A stretch of DNA of 59,392 nucleotides from assembly GCA_013697275.1 (NCBI GenBank), contig JACCXC010000001.1, positions 1-59,392 of the forward strand, given 5' to 3'. Positions 41,861-51,187 of this stretch are shown here, in pieces. Source of the DNA: Actinomycetota bacterium. GTDB taxonomy: Bacteria; Actinomycetota; Thermoleophilia; Gaiellales; Gaiellaceae. Numbering within the stretch: position 1 is the first letter of the stretch; the number at the start of each line of letters is the position of its first letter. The notes under the pieces are model-generated. The model searched no databases, was not told the origin of the DNA, and saw nothing but the letters and a program-made list of their open reading frames with translations. Made by a program: the position numbers and the translations under genes.

Positions 41861-42832
41861 GTGGCCACGTTCCCTGTAACGCGCTTGCGCCGTTTCCGCC
41901 GGACCGGCGCCCTTCGCTCGCTGGTGCGCGAGACCCGGCTCGACCTCGGCGACTTCGTCTACCCGATGTTCGTTTCCCCGGGCGCCGGCGTCGACGAGCC
42001 CCTCGCCGGGCTCCCCGGGATCGCGCGCCTCTCCGTCGACACCCTGGTCGAGGAGGCCTCGCGCCTGCACGGGCTCGGCGTCAACGCGGTACTCCTCTTC
42101 GGCATCCCCGAGGAGAAGGACGACGTCGGCTCGGGAGCCTATGACGAGGACGGGATCGTGCAGCAGGCCGTGCGCGCGCTGCGCGGCGCCACGCCGTCGC
42201 TCGTCCTCCTGACGGATGTCTGCCTCTGCGAGTACACGTCGCACGGTCACTGCGGCCTCGTCGAGGACGGGGAGGTCGCGAACGACCTCTCGCTGGAGCT
42301 CCTCGCCCGCACCGCTCTCAGTCACGCCGAGGCGGGCGCGGACGTCGTCTGCCCCAGCGACATGATGGACGGGCGGATCGGAGCCGTCCGCGGCGCCCTT
42401 GACGGCGAGGGCTTCGATCAGGTTCCGATCGTCGCCTATTCGGCCAAGTACGCCTCTGCCTTCTACGGGCCGTTCCGCGAGGTGGCCGACTCCGCCCCCG
42501 CCTTCGGTGATCGCCGGAGCTACCAGCTCGACCCCCCGAACGTTCGCGAGGCTCTGCGCGAGTGCGAGCTCGACCTCGAGGAGGGCGCGGACGCCCTCAT
42601 GATCAAGCCGGCCCTTCCGTACCTCGACGTGATCGCCGCCGCGCGAGCCTCGTTCGACGCCCCTGTCTTCGCCTACAACGTGAGCGGCGAGTACGCGATG
42701 GTGAAAGCGGCGGCGCAAGCGGGCTGGCTGGACGAGCGCCAGGCCGCGCTCGAAGCGCTGACGTCCATCAAGCGCGCGGGGGCCGACGTGATCATCTCGT
42801 ACTGGACGAGAGAGCTCGCTGCGTGGCTCTAG
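41861..42832 (+). CDS. hemB: porphobilinogen synthase (delta-aminolevulinate dehydratase), Zn-type
   Basis: 323 aa with a GTG start. The N-terminus reads RLRRFRRTGALRSLVRETRL. The Cys-rich Zn site is DVCLCEYTSHGHCG. SDMMDGR and the YxxPFRE-type motif YGPFRE are also present. Confidence 0.9.
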   Translation: MATFPVTRLRRFRRTGALRSLVRETRLDLGDFVYPMFVSPGAGVDEPLAGLPGIARLSVDTLVEEASRLHGLGVNAVLLFGIPEEKDDVGSGAYDEDGIVQQAVRALRGATPSLVLLTDVCLCEYTSHGHCGLVEDGEVANDLSLELLARTALSHAEAGADVVCPSDMMDGRIGAVRGALDGEGFDQVPIVAYSAKYASAFYGPFREVADSAPAFGDRRSYQLDPPNVREALRECELDLEEGADALMIKPALPYLDVIAAARASFDAPVFAYNVSGEYAMVKAAAQAGWLDERQAALEALTSIKRAGADVIISYWTRELAAWL

Positions 42833-43350
42833 CCGCTGGCCGCGCCTCCCTCTGGGAGACGCTGGCGCGCGAGGCGGCCGACGAGAGCCCGCTCTGGAGC
42901 TCGGCCTTGCGCCCGGCCCATGAGCGCGAGGAGACGCCCGTCTTCTCGCTCCTGGCGGCCGACCCGTTCGCGCTTGGCCTCGAGACGATCTACGAGGGCT
43001 ACCTCCTCCACTACGGACGGCCTCGGCTCTTCGAGACGAGCGACCGGGACACCGCGGTGCTCCTCGGTGACTATCTGTACGCGCACGGCCTCGTCCACGT
43101 CGCCGAGCTCGGCGACGTGGACGTCGTCGCCGACCTCGCCGAGCTGATCTCGGTCTGTGCCCACCTGCGCGTCGAAGGACGCCCGGGCGATGGGGCCGCC
43201 TGGGCCTCGGCCGTCGCGCTGCTCGGCCGCTGGCGCCATGCTTTCGACGTCTCCGGTGACGCGGCAGCCTGGGTCGAGCTGGCCGAGGCGGGCGCCCCCG
43301 CCGAAGCGGTCGCGCACTCCCTCACGCTGCACGCCGAGCGGGTTTCGTAG
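42823..43350 (+). CDS. hypothetical helical protein with a polyprenyl-synthase-like LLGDYLYAHG segment but no DDxxD motif
   Basis: About 175 aa from GTG 42823, a 10-nt overlap with hemB. The start is uncertain. The sequence reads ..ETIYEGYLLHYGRPRLF..DTAVLLGDYLYAHGLVHVAELGD.. Confidence 0.45.
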   Translation: MALAAGRASLWETLAREAADESPLWSSALRPAHEREETPVFSLLAADPFALGLETIYEGYLLHYGRPRLFETSDRDTAVLLGDYLYAHGLVHVAELGDVDVVADLAELISVCAHLRVEGRPGDGAAWASAVALLGRWRHAFDVSGDAAAWVELAEAGAPAEAVAHSLTLHAERVS

Positions 43351-43362
43351 AATCGCCCCGCC

Positions 43363-43545
43363 ATGAGCTTGCTGACGGCCTCCCTTCCCTTTGCCCAAGA
43401 GTCCGTCGCCGAGGAGGGGCGGCAGATCATCATCGTCATGCTCATCGTCGCGCTGGTCTTCCTGGGCGTGATCGCCCTCGGCCAGCTGACGCGCTACGCG
43501 GCGCACCGCCGCGCCGAGCGCAAGGCGCAGCGCCGCGCGTTCTGA
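43363..43545 (+). CDS. small single-TM membrane protein
   Basis: 60 aa with an ATG start. The TM is IIIVMLIVALVFLGVIALGQL, followed by a basic tail RYAAHRRAERKAQRRAF. Third codon positions are GC-rich, as in neighbouring genes. Confidence 0.45.
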   Translation: MSLLTASLPFAQESVAEEGRQIIIVMLIVALVFLGVIALGQLTRYAAHRRAERKAQRRAF

Positions 43546-43611
43546 TCCCGAGCCCGGTCCGCTTCAGGCGAGTGCGTCGGGGCCCGCTCGCGCCTCGTTA
43601 AGCTGACCTCG

Positions 43612-45096
43612 GTGGTCGCGTCCGACCTTCGCTCCTGGCTCGACCTGCTTCGGCGGGAGGGCGAGCTCGTCGAGGTGGACGCCGAGGTCGATCCGTACCT
43701 CGAGGTGACGGAGATCGTCGATCGCACGGTCAAGGCGGGCGGGCCGGCGCTCCTCTTCCGGAACCTGAAGGGCTCCGAGCACCCTCTCCTCATCAACCAG
43801 TTCGGCACCGAGCGGCGGATGGCGATGGCCTTCGGCGCGCCGAACCTCGACGCCGTCTCCCAGAAGCTCGAGGACGTGCTCGAGATGCAGCCGCCCCAGG
43901 GCCTCATGGAGAAGGTCAGGGGCCTCGGGAAGCTCAAGAAGCTCGCGGACTCGATGCCGAAGCGGGTCGGGGGCGGTCCCTGCCAGGAGATCGTGCTCGA
44001 GCCGAATCTCGACCTCCTGCCGATCCAGCACTGCTGGCCGGGCGACCCCGCGCCCTTCATCACGCTCCCCGCGGTGATCACGAAGGACCCGCGGAACGGG
44101 ACGCGCAACGTCGGCATGTACCGGATGCAGAAGATCGACTCCCGGTCGACCTTCATGCACTGGCAGATTCATAAGGACGGGCGCATGGACTGGCTCGCGA
44201 CGGAAGGCCGGATCCCGGTCGCCGTCGCCCTGGGATGCGACCCCGTGACGACCTACTCGGCGAGTGCGCCGCTTCCGAAGCACATCGACGAGTTCATGCT
44301 CGCCGGCTTCCTCAAGGGCTCGCCGGTCGAGCTCGTCCCTTGCCGGACGATCGACCTTGAGGTTCCGGCCAACGCGGAGATCGTCCTCGAGGGCTACATC
44401 GAGGCGGGGGAGCTCGGCACCGAGGGGCCGTTCGGCGATCACACGGGCTACTACTCGCCGGCGGAGCCCTTCCCGATCTTCCGCCTGACCGCGATGACCA
44501 TGCGCCGGAACGCGATCTACCCGTCAATCGTCGTCGGCATCCCGCCGCAGGAAGACGCGTGGCTCGGCAAGGCCACCGAGCGGATCTTCCTGCCCGCGAT
44601 CAGGATGACCGTTCCGGAGATCGTCGACTTCGACCTCCCGGTGGCCGGCGCCTTCCACAACTGCGCGATCGTCTCGATCAAGAAGGCGTTCCCCGGCCAC
44701 GCCAAGAAGGTCATGCATGCGATTTGGGGCCTCGGGATGCTGAGCCTGACCAAGACCGTGGTCGTCGTCGACGAGTTCGTGGACGTGCACGACTACAACG
44801 AGGTCGTCTTCCACGTTGGCGCGAACGTCGACCCGAAACGGGACGTGATCATCTCGGAGGGGCCTCTGGATCAGCTCGACCACGCTGCCTCGATGTACTG
44901 CTACGGCGGGAAGCTCGGGATCGACGCGACACACAAGCTCACGGTCGAAGGCGCGCGCGAGTGGCCCGAGCGGATTGCCATGTCGGCCGAAGTTCGTGAC
45001 TTGGTCGACCGGCGGTGGTCCGAATACGGAATCGAAGCGTCGGCAGAGGAAAATGGCGGTATTTCCAGGGCTTTGCGGCAAAAGCTACGTCTTTGA
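43612..45096 (+). CDS. ubiD: UbiD-family (prenyl-FMN dependent) decarboxylase, menaquinone-biosynthesis type
   Basis: 494 aa. The N-terminus reads DLRSWLDLLRREGELVEVDAEVDPYLEVTEI. Other motifs are NVGMYRMQ and FGDHTGYY. Confidence 0.85.
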   Translation: MVASDLRSWLDLLRREGELVEVDAEVDPYLEVTEIVDRTVKAGGPALLFRNLKGSEHPLLINQFGTERRMAMAFGAPNLDAVSQKLEDVLEMQPPQGLMEKVRGLGKLKKLADSMPKRVGGGPCQEIVLEPNLDLLPIQHCWPGDPAPFITLPAVITKDPRNGTRNVGMYRMQKIDSRSTFMHWQIHKDGRMDWLATEGRIPVAVALGCDPVTTYSASAPLPKHIDEFMLAGFLKGSPVELVPCRTIDLEVPANAEIVLEGYIEAGELGTEGPFGDHTGYYSPAEPFPIFRLTAMTMRRNAIYPSIVVGIPPQEDAWLGKATERIFLPAIRMTVPEIVDFDLPVAGAFHNCAIVSIKKAFPGHAKKVMHAIWGLGMLSLTKTVVVVDEFVDVHDYNEVVFHVGANVDPKRDVIISEGPLDQLDHAASMYCYGGKLGIDATHKLTVEGAREWPERIAMSAEVRDLVDRRWSEYGIEASAEENGGISRALRQKLRL

Positions 45097-45163
45097 CACC
45101 GTCCGGCAAACACGAAAGAATCCGCGGCGCTTGTAACAGCGGCGTTTGCGCGAAGGGAGCAGG

Positions 45164-46108
45164 TTGGCCGACGAGCTAGAGCGGCCCGGAGAGAACGGCG
45201 AGAGCCAGGATCCTGCGGCCCATCTCCCGGCGCCCTCGATCTGGCCGTTCGGGTTCGCGCTCGGTGTCGCACTCGTCCTCGTCGCCCTGATCATCTCAAG
45301 CTGGGTGATCGTTGCCATCGGCGCGATTCTGGCCCTCGTCTTCGGCTTCCTCTGGATCCGCGCCGCGACCCGGGAGGTTCGCGCCACGCCGCCTCCCGAG
45401 CCCGCCGCATTGACTGCGGACGTCGAGGAGGAGGAAGGAGAGGAGGACGACGGCGAGCCGCGTCTCTCGCGCTCGCTCTTCCTCGAGGGCGCGACGCTCG
45501 GCATTGGCGCCGCGATCGGAGGGATCGTCACCCTGCCTTCGGTCGGCTTCATGGTGCTGCCGGCCTTCCTCGACCAGGAGTACGAGCAGATCGACCTCGG
45601 GCCGCTCGAGAGCTACCCGCGTGACCAGTGGGTGGTCGCGAAGTTCAGGGGTACCCAGGCCCAGCCGGACGGTGTCGCCAGGCGCACGGCCTACATTCGC
45701 TACAACGGCCAGCAGGACGGAACGCCGAGCTTCACGATCCTCTCCAACCGCTGCGTCCACCTCGGCTGCCCCGTGCAGCCACAGGGCCTGACCGACGAGG
45801 AGGCGCAGATGATCGAGACCGAGGCGGGGGGCGTGGAGCTCTTCAAGATGGCGCCGTCCGGCTTCGGCTGCCCTTGCCACGGCGGCGCCTACGACATCGA
45901 GGGGAACCGGACGGCTGGACCACCCGTCCGGGCGCTCGACCGTTACAAGTACTCGATCCACAACGGTCGCCTGCGGCTCGACGAGCCGTACAGCGTTGGG
46001 AAGGTCAAGGGCACGGGCTCCGACGCCCAGATCGCCGCCTATGACCTGGTCGACCCGGGTCAGCACGTCGATGGGCCCGAGCAGTTCTTCTACCCCTACG
46101 TGCCCTGA
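45164..46108 (+). CDS. qcrA: Rieske [2Fe-2S] subunit of a menaquinol:cytochrome c reductase, with an extra N-terminal two-helix extension
   Basis: Rieske boxes CVHLGC and CPCHGG are present. The preferred start is TTG 45164, with SD GAAGGGAG 5 nt upstream. The track ORF starts at TTG 45146. The N-terminal two-helix segment and the acidic linker EEEEGEEDDGE precede the usual anchor. Confidence 0.8.
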   Translation: MADELERPGENGESQDPAAHLPAPSIWPFGFALGVALVLVALIISSWVIVAIGAILALVFGFLWIRAATREVRATPPPEPAALTADVEEEEGEEDDGEPRLSRSLFLEGATLGIGAAIGGIVTLPSVGFMVLPAFLDQEYEQIDLGPLESYPRDQWVVAKFRGTQAQPDGVARRTAYIRYNGQQDGTPSFTILSNRCVHLGCPVQPQGLTDEEAQMIETEAGGVELFKMAPSGFGCPCHGGAYDIEGNRTAGPPVRALDRYKYSIHNGRLRLDEPYSVGKVKGTGSDAQIAAYDLVDPGQHVDGPEQFFYPYVP

Positions 46109-46944
46109 TGCCGAAGACCAAGTCCAAGCGCCAGCAGCAGATAGAGGCTGTCGCCCTCTACCCGGTCGATTGGCTAGAGGAGCGCTCGGGCCTCATCGGC
46201 GGCCTCCGCTACTTCCTCTTCCGCAAGGTTCCGGCCGAGACCAACTGGTTCCATACGCTCGGCTCGGCCACCCTGACCGCTTTCATCGTCCAGGCGGTCA
46301 CGGGCGTCATCCTCGCCATGTACTACAAGCCGAGCGCCGAGCTGAACCCGGAGACGGGGAAGCCGATCGCCTACGAGTCGATCGAGACGATCACAAATGA
46401 CTTGACGCTCGGCTGGCTCGTGCGCGGGATGCACCGCTGGGGCGCGAGCGTCTTCATCATCCTCCTCTTCCTCCACATGGGCCGCGTCTTTCTCTTCGGC
46501 GCCTACAAGTACCCCCGTGAGCTGAACTGGCTCGTCGGCGCCGTGCTCCTCCTCATGGCGATGGGCGAGGGGCTGACCGGGTACCTGCTGCCCTGGGATC
46601 AGACGTCGTACTGGGCGACGGTCGTCGCGATCAACATCAATGCGAACGCGCCGATTGCGGGCCCCTTCCTGGGCGACTTCCTGCGAGGAGGGCAGGAGAT
46701 CGGCTCGGAGACGCTCACGCGCTTCTACTCATTGCACATGCTCGTCATACCGGGGGGTCTGGCCGGCCTGATCGCGCTGCACCTCTATCTCGTCGTGCGC
46801 CTCGGCATCACGCCGCCGCCCTGGACGAAGGCCGCGGGTGGCTACGAGGCTCAGCCGAACGGCGGGCGGCCGGCGCGCACGGGCCTCGTCAACCCGAGCC
46901 CGCGAGGCAACGGCAACGGCGGTCGGGAGAGGCGCGAGTCCTAA
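46108..46944 (+). CDS. qcrB: cytochrome b6-type (N-terminal half) cytochrome b
   Basis: 278 aa. Haem-ligand helices are present (..GMHRWGASVFIILLFLHMGR.. and ..RFYSLHMLVIP..). The start overlaps the qcrA stop (TGATG). Confidence 0.85.
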   Translation: MPKTKSKRQQQIEAVALYPVDWLEERSGLIGGLRYFLFRKVPAETNWFHTLGSATLTAFIVQAVTGVILAMYYKPSAELNPETGKPIAYESIETITNDLTLGWLVRGMHRWGASVFIILLFLHMGRVFLFGAYKYPRELNWLVGAVLLLMAMGEGLTGYLLPWDQTSYWATVVAININANAPIAGPFLGDFLRGGQEIGSETLTRFYSLHMLVIPGGLAGLIALHLYLVVRLGITPPPWTKAAGGYEAQPNGGRPARTGLVNPSPRGNGNGGRERRES

Positions 46945-47756
46945 TGGCGTCCAAGGAGCAGCGGGAGCAGTTCAAGCTCTACAAGGAGGACGTCGAGCGG
47001 CGCGGGAAGCAGTTCTACCCGTACGCGATGTTCCACGACACGATCATGAGCTTCGTGGTCGTGTCCGTGATTGCCGCGCTCGCGGCGGTCTGGTATTTCA
47101 CGGCCGAGGAGACGGCCGGCGAGGCCGGGGTACTCGGGCCGCGCTACGCGGAGCCGGCCGATCCCGCGACGACCTCGTTCGTCCCGCGACCCGACTGGTA
47201 CTTCTACTTCCTCTTCTACCTCCTCCGGATCTTCAAGTGGCCGGAGTCGGTCATCCTCGGGACCGTCGGCATCCCGACGATCCTGATGATGCTGCTCTTC
47301 GCGCTGCCCTTCCTCGACCGCCGGCGCGAGCGGCGCATCGTCCGTCGGCCCGTCGCCGTCGTCGTCGCCCTCATGGTGATCGCGTCGATGGGGATCCTCA
47401 CCTACAAGGGCGCAACGGCCGAAGAGCCGAGTGCGACGAGTGGGGAGGCGCTTCTCGTCGGCAACGACATGCCGACGGACGACGAGCAGGTCGTCGCCGG
47501 GGCAGACCTCTTCGCCAAGGTCGGCTGCCTGAATTGCCACGCGTACGGCAGCCAGGGGGCGGACGGGCCGGGGCCGGACGTCTCGGAGGTCGGCGACCAG
47601 GGCAAGGGCGAGGAGTACTGGGTTCAGTGGATCCGAAACCCGCAGTCTCTGAAGCCGGGAACGTCCATGCCCGCCTTCCCGAACCTCACGGACGAGCAGT
47701 TGCAGAACCTCGCCGTCTTCCTCGAAGCGTCGAAGAGCGGCGGCGGCGGCGGATAG
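46944..47756 (+). CDS. qcrC: cytochrome b C-terminal half (subunit IV-like) fused to a mono-haem cytochrome c
   Basis: 270 aa. The subunit IV motif is RPDWYFYFLFYLLR. The C-terminal haem site is CLNCH, with a downstream Met (GTSMPAF). The start overlaps the qcrB stop (TAATG). Confidence 0.8.
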   Translation: MASKEQREQFKLYKEDVERRGKQFYPYAMFHDTIMSFVVVSVIAALAAVWYFTAEETAGEAGVLGPRYAEPADPATTSFVPRPDWYFYFLFYLLRIFKWPESVILGTVGIPTILMMLLFALPFLDRRRERRIVRRPVAVVVALMVIASMGILTYKGATAEEPSATSGEALLVGNDMPTDDEQVVAGADLFAKVGCLNCHAYGSQGADGPGPDVSEVGDQGKGEEYWVQWIRNPQSLKPGTSMPAFPNLTDEQLQNLAVFLEASKSGGGGG

Positions 47757-47766
47757 CGCCGCCGGG

Positions 47767-48354
47767 ATGCGCGTCTTCCTGGGGATCACCGGCGCCTCGG
47801 GCGCGCCCTATGCCGCGCGCGTGCTTCAGGGTCTGACGGCCGCCGGGTGCGAGGTCGGGATCGCCGCGTCCTCCTCGGGCGTGGAGGTGCTGGCGACCGA
47901 GCTCTACGGGGATCCTGGCCTGCCTCGCGCCGAGGTGCTCGAGCGCTTCGTGGCCGGCGCCCAGGGCGTGACCGTGTACGAGCCGAACGACTACAAGGCG
48001 CCCTACGCGAGCGGATCGGCGCGGGTCGACGGCTACGTGATCTGCCCGTGCTCGATGGCGACGGTCGGCACGATCGCCGCGGGCGCGATGGACAACCTGA
48101 TCCACCGCGCGGCCTCGGTCGCCCTGAAGGAGGGCCGCCGCCTGGTCGTTATGCCGCGCGAGACGCCCCTCTCGACCATCCACCTGGAGGGCCTCATGCG
48201 CCTCCGAACAGCGGGCGCGGTTGTCCTCTTTCTCGCCCCCGGCTTCTACCACCAGCCGCAGACGATCGACGACCTGCTGGACTTCGTCGCCGCGCGTTGC
48301 CTCGACCAGCTCGGGGTCGAGAACGCCCTCTCACGGCGCTGGGGGGAGGGGTGA
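47767..48354 (+). CDS. ubiX: UbiX-family flavin prenyltransferase
   Basis: 195 aa. Motifs are VFLGITGASGAPYA, ICPCSMATVGTIAAG and VMPRETPLS. Confidence 0.9.
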   Translation: MRVFLGITGASGAPYAARVLQGLTAAGCEVGIAASSSGVEVLATELYGDPGLPRAEVLERFVAGAQGVTVYEPNDYKAPYASGSARVDGYVICPCSMATVGTIAAGAMDNLIHRAASVALKEGRRLVVMPRETPLSTIHLEGLMRLRTAGAVVLFLAPGFYHQPQTIDDLLDFVAARCLDQLGVENALSRRWGEG

Positions 48355-49034
48355 GCACGGGAACCGGGACGCTTCCGCCCGACGAAGTCCGGGTGATGTT
48401 CGACCGGATCACGCCCGTGTACGACGCGATGAATCGCGTGATGACCGTGGGGCTCGACCAACGCTGGCGGCGGCTCACGGCCCGCGCCGTCGTGCGGCCG
48501 GGCGAGCGCGTGCTCGACGCGTGCTGCGGGACGGGCGATCTGGCTGTCGCAGCTGAGCAGGCCGGCGGGCGCGTCACGGGTCTCGACTTCTCCCGCGGGA
48601 TGCTCGAGCGGGCCAAACGCAAATCGTCGACCGTCGAGTGGGTTGAAGGCAACCTGACCGCGCTGCCCTTCGAGGATGAGTCGTTCGACGCTGCGACGGT
48701 CGGGTTCGGGATTCGGAACGTCCCCGACCTCGAGTCCGGTCTGCGCGAGCTTGCGCGCGTGCTGCGGCCGGGCGGGCGGCTCGCCTGCCTCGAGATCACC
48801 CGCCCGCGTGGGCTCCTGCGCCCCTTTTTCGGGATCTGGTTCGACCAGGTCGTCCCGCTGGTGGGCCGGCTGCTCCCGGGCGGCGCGGCCTACACCTACC
48901 TCCCGGCGAGCGTGCGCCGCTTCCCGGGCCCTGCCGACCTCGGCGCCGCGTTCGGGCGGGCCGGGCTTCGCGACGTCTCCTGGCAGCTCCTCGCCGGGGG
49001 GATCGTCGCCCTGCACGTCGGGACGAAGGGGTGA
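48351..49034 (+). CDS. ubiE: demethylmenaquinone / ubiquinone-menaquinone C-methyltransferase
   Basis: 227 aa from the GTG in a GTGA overlap. The N-terminus reads VRVMFDRITPVYDAMNRVMTVGLDQRWRR. The SAM motif is VLDACCGTGD. Confidence 0.85.
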   Translation: MSTGTGTLPPDEVRVMFDRITPVYDAMNRVMTVGLDQRWRRLTARAVVRPGERVLDACCGTGDLAVAAEQAGGRVTGLDFSRGMLERAKRKSSTVEWVEGNLTALPFEDESFDAATVGFGIRNVPDLESGLRELARVLRPGGRLACLEITRPRGLLRPFFGIWFDQVVPLVGRLLPGGAAYTYLPASVRRFPGPADLGAAFGRAGLRDVSWQLLAGGIVALHVGTKG

Positions 49035-49951
49035 GCGCACTCGCGGCGGTACGGGAAGCTCCGGGGCTCGCCGGCTACCTCGAGGTGCTCGAAGACCGGC
49101 TCGCCCAGGCGGTCGCCGCGCACGGCGGTCTCGTCGCCACGATCGGTTCCGAGACCCTCGAGGCGGGAGGCAAGCGCCTTCGCCCCGTCCTGGTCTTCCT
49201 CTCGACGCCGCCTGACCTGCGCCCCGGCGAGCGCCCGCTTGCCGCCGGCGCGGCGGTCGAGCTCGTCCACATGGCAACGCTGGTACACGATGACCTCCTG
49301 GATCGCGCCGCCCTGCGACGAGGGAGCCCGACTGTCTGGGCGTCGTACGGCGAGCTGGCTGCCAAGGCCTCCGGCGACTACCTCTTCGCGCGAGCCTTCG
49401 CTGAGCTCGCCTCGGTGGGTGACCCCGCAGCCGTCGGAGTCCTCGCGAACGCCGCTCTCGACCTCGCGCGCGGCGAGGCGCTCCAGCGCCGCCAGGCCTT
49501 CCGCCCGGACACGGCGGTGGAGGAGTACCTCGCCCGCTGCTCGCTTAAGACGGGAAGGCTCTTCGAGGCCGCCTGCCTCCTCGGGGGCGGCCGGCGCGAG
49601 CTCGGCGATTTTGGTCTTGCGCTGGGGATCGCCTTTCAGATCGCGGACGACATTCTCGACTGCGTCGGGACTCCGGGTGCGACTGGTAAGGCTCCTGGTG
49701 TGGATCTTCGCGACGGCACTCCGACGCTCCCCTTGATCCTCGCCGCACGCGAGGACGATCAGGTCCGACGAGCGCTGGCCGGCGAGCCGCTCGCCGGCGC
49801 GTTGGGGCGAGTCGCGGCGACAGGGGCGCTCGAAGCCTCGCGAGACCTGGCGCTCGAGTACGCGCGCCGAGCGCGAGCCGCGCTCGACGGCGAGCCCGAT
49901 CGCCTGTCGCTCGAAGCCCTCACGCACCTTGTCGTGGATCGGGAGAGTTGA
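49031..49951 (+). CDS. long-chain trans-polyprenyl diphosphate synthase (hepta/octaprenyl type)
   Basis: 306 aa with its start in a GTGA overlap. Both Asp-rich motifs are present (LVHDDLLD and IADDILD), as is GKRLRP. Confidence 0.85.
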   Translation: MSALAAVREAPGLAGYLEVLEDRLAQAVAAHGGLVATIGSETLEAGGKRLRPVLVFLSTPPDLRPGERPLAAGAAVELVHMATLVHDDLLDRAALRRGSPTVWASYGELAAKASGDYLFARAFAELASVGDPAAVGVLANAALDLARGEALQRRQAFRPDTAVEEYLARCSLKTGRLFEAACLLGGGRRELGDFGLALGIAFQIADDILDCVGTPGATGKAPGVDLRDGTPTLPLILAAREDDQVRRALAGEPLAGALGRVAATGALEASRDLALEYARRARAALDGEPDRLSLEALTHLVVDRES

Positions 49952-51063
49952 CGATGGCGATCGCAACCGAGCAGGCCGCACTCGATCTGATCCGCGAGAA
50001 GGTGGAAGCGGGCGAGCGCCTCGGCTTCGACGACGGCCTGACCCTCATGGAGTCGGATGACGTGCTGCAGATCGGCGAGCTCGCCGACACGGCCCGGCGC
50101 CTGCGTGGCGGCACCGACGACGTCTACTTCGTGCAGAACCTATACTTGAACCAGACGAACGTCTGTCGCGTGAAGTGCAAGTTCTGTGCCTTCGCGCGCA
50201 CGCAGAAGCAGGAAGGCGCGTACACGTTCACGGCGGAGGAGCTCGTCGAGGACGCGCTCCGCCAGCGCGAGCTGACCGGGTTCACCGAGATCCACATGGT
50301 GGGCGGGGAGAGCCCGCACGTGGCCTTCGCGTACTACGTCGAGATCGTGCGACAGCTGAAGGAGGCGATGCCGGACGTCCACCTGAAGCTCTTCACGGCA
50401 AGCGAGATCCATCATATGACGAGGCTCTCAGGGCTCTCCCATGAGGAGGTCTTGCGTGAGCTCCGCGACGCTGGCCTCGGGTCGCTCCCGGGCGGAGGGG
50501 CCGAGATCTTCGCCGGCCGGGTGCGCCGTCTGATCGCTCCCGGGAAGGAGCATCCGGACTTCTGGTTCCACACGCACCGCGCCGCTCACGGCCTCGGCAT
50601 CCCGACGCACTGCACGATGCTCTACGGACACGTCGAGACCTACGAGGAGCGCGTCGACCACCTGCTTCGCCTGCGGGAGCTGCAGGACGAGACGGGGGGC
50701 TTCCTCGCCTTCATCCCGCTCGCCTTCCACCCCGAGAACACGGTGTTCGAGCGCCGCGGCTGGACGCAGAGCGCAGGGACCGACGACCTGAAGGTGATCG
50801 CGGTCTCGAGGCTCCTCCTCGACAACATCCCGCATGTGAAGGCCTACTGGATCATGATGGGGATGCCGCTCGCGGCCGTCGCGCTCCACTTCGGAGCGAA
50901 CGACGTGCAGGGGACAGTCGTTCGAGAGGCGATTTTTCACGCGGCCGGTGCGCGGACGGAAACGGAGCAGAAGATCGAGGAGCTCGTGCGCTACGTCCGC
51001 GGTGCGGGGCGCACCCCTGTCCAGCGGGACACGCTCTACAACGAGGTGCGGCGGTGGAGTTGA
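49948..51063 (+). CDS. mqnE: radical-SAM menaquinone (futalosine-pathway) enzyme, most likely aminofutalosine synthase
   Basis: 371 aa. The radical-SAM cluster is CRVKCKFCAF. The CofH/MqnC/MqnE-like body includes EIHMVGGESP and GGAEIF. The MqnE versus MqnC assignment rests on my memory of family patterns. The TTG start sits in a TTGA overlap, with an ATG 6 nt later. Confidence 0.65.
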   Translation: MTMAIATEQAALDLIREKVEAGERLGFDDGLTLMESDDVLQIGELADTARRLRGGTDDVYFVQNLYLNQTNVCRVKCKFCAFARTQKQEGAYTFTAEELVEDALRQRELTGFTEIHMVGGESPHVAFAYYVEIVRQLKEAMPDVHLKLFTASEIHHMTRLSGLSHEEVLRELRDAGLGSLPGGGAEIFAGRVRRLIAPGKEHPDFWFHTHRAAHGLGIPTHCTMLYGHVETYEERVDHLLRLRELQDETGGFLAFIPLAFHPENTVFERRGWTQSAGTDDLKVIAVSRLLLDNIPHVKAYWIMMGMPLAAVALHFGANDVQGTVVREAIFHAAGARTETEQKIEELVRYVRGAGRTPVQRDTLYNEVRRWS

Positions 51064-51084
51064 ACGCACGAAACCGGCACAGTC

Positions 51085-51106
51085 CGCGCGCCTCGCGCGC
51101 GCTTTT
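51085..51106 (+). terminator. GC stem plus T4 after mqnE (terminator candidate)
   Basis: CGCGCGC-ctc-GCGCGCG is followed by CTTTTC, about 22 nt after the stop. It lies in a 124-nt gap before mqnA. Confidence 0.4.
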
Positions 51107-51187
51107 CGGGGTTAGGCTGAACGCCGAGCAGGGGGCGGGTCGGGACCCGAAGTCAGACGCGCGCGCGTCGATCGGAAGGGCGGAGCA

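Noticed and set aside
45097-45145. An imperfect hairpin (CCGCGGCGCT-tgtaac-AGCGGCGTTT) after ubiD, considered as a terminator.
   Set aside because: The stem has an internal mismatch and only three T residues follow. qcrA follows closely and is plausibly co-transcribed, so the feature is not called.
45421-45460. A GAG/GAA/GAC-rich purine run (gaggaggaggaaggagaggaggacgac).
   Set aside because: It lies in frame within qcrA and encodes the acidic linker EEEEGEEDDGE. It is not a microsatellite or a cluster of SD sites.
51156-51169. The perfect 14-bp palindrome GACGCGCGCGCGTC upstream of mqnA.
   Set aside because: Alternating GC palindromes of this kind arise easily in GC-rich DNA. With a single copy and no half-site recurrence seen elsewhere in the window, I do not call it an operator.
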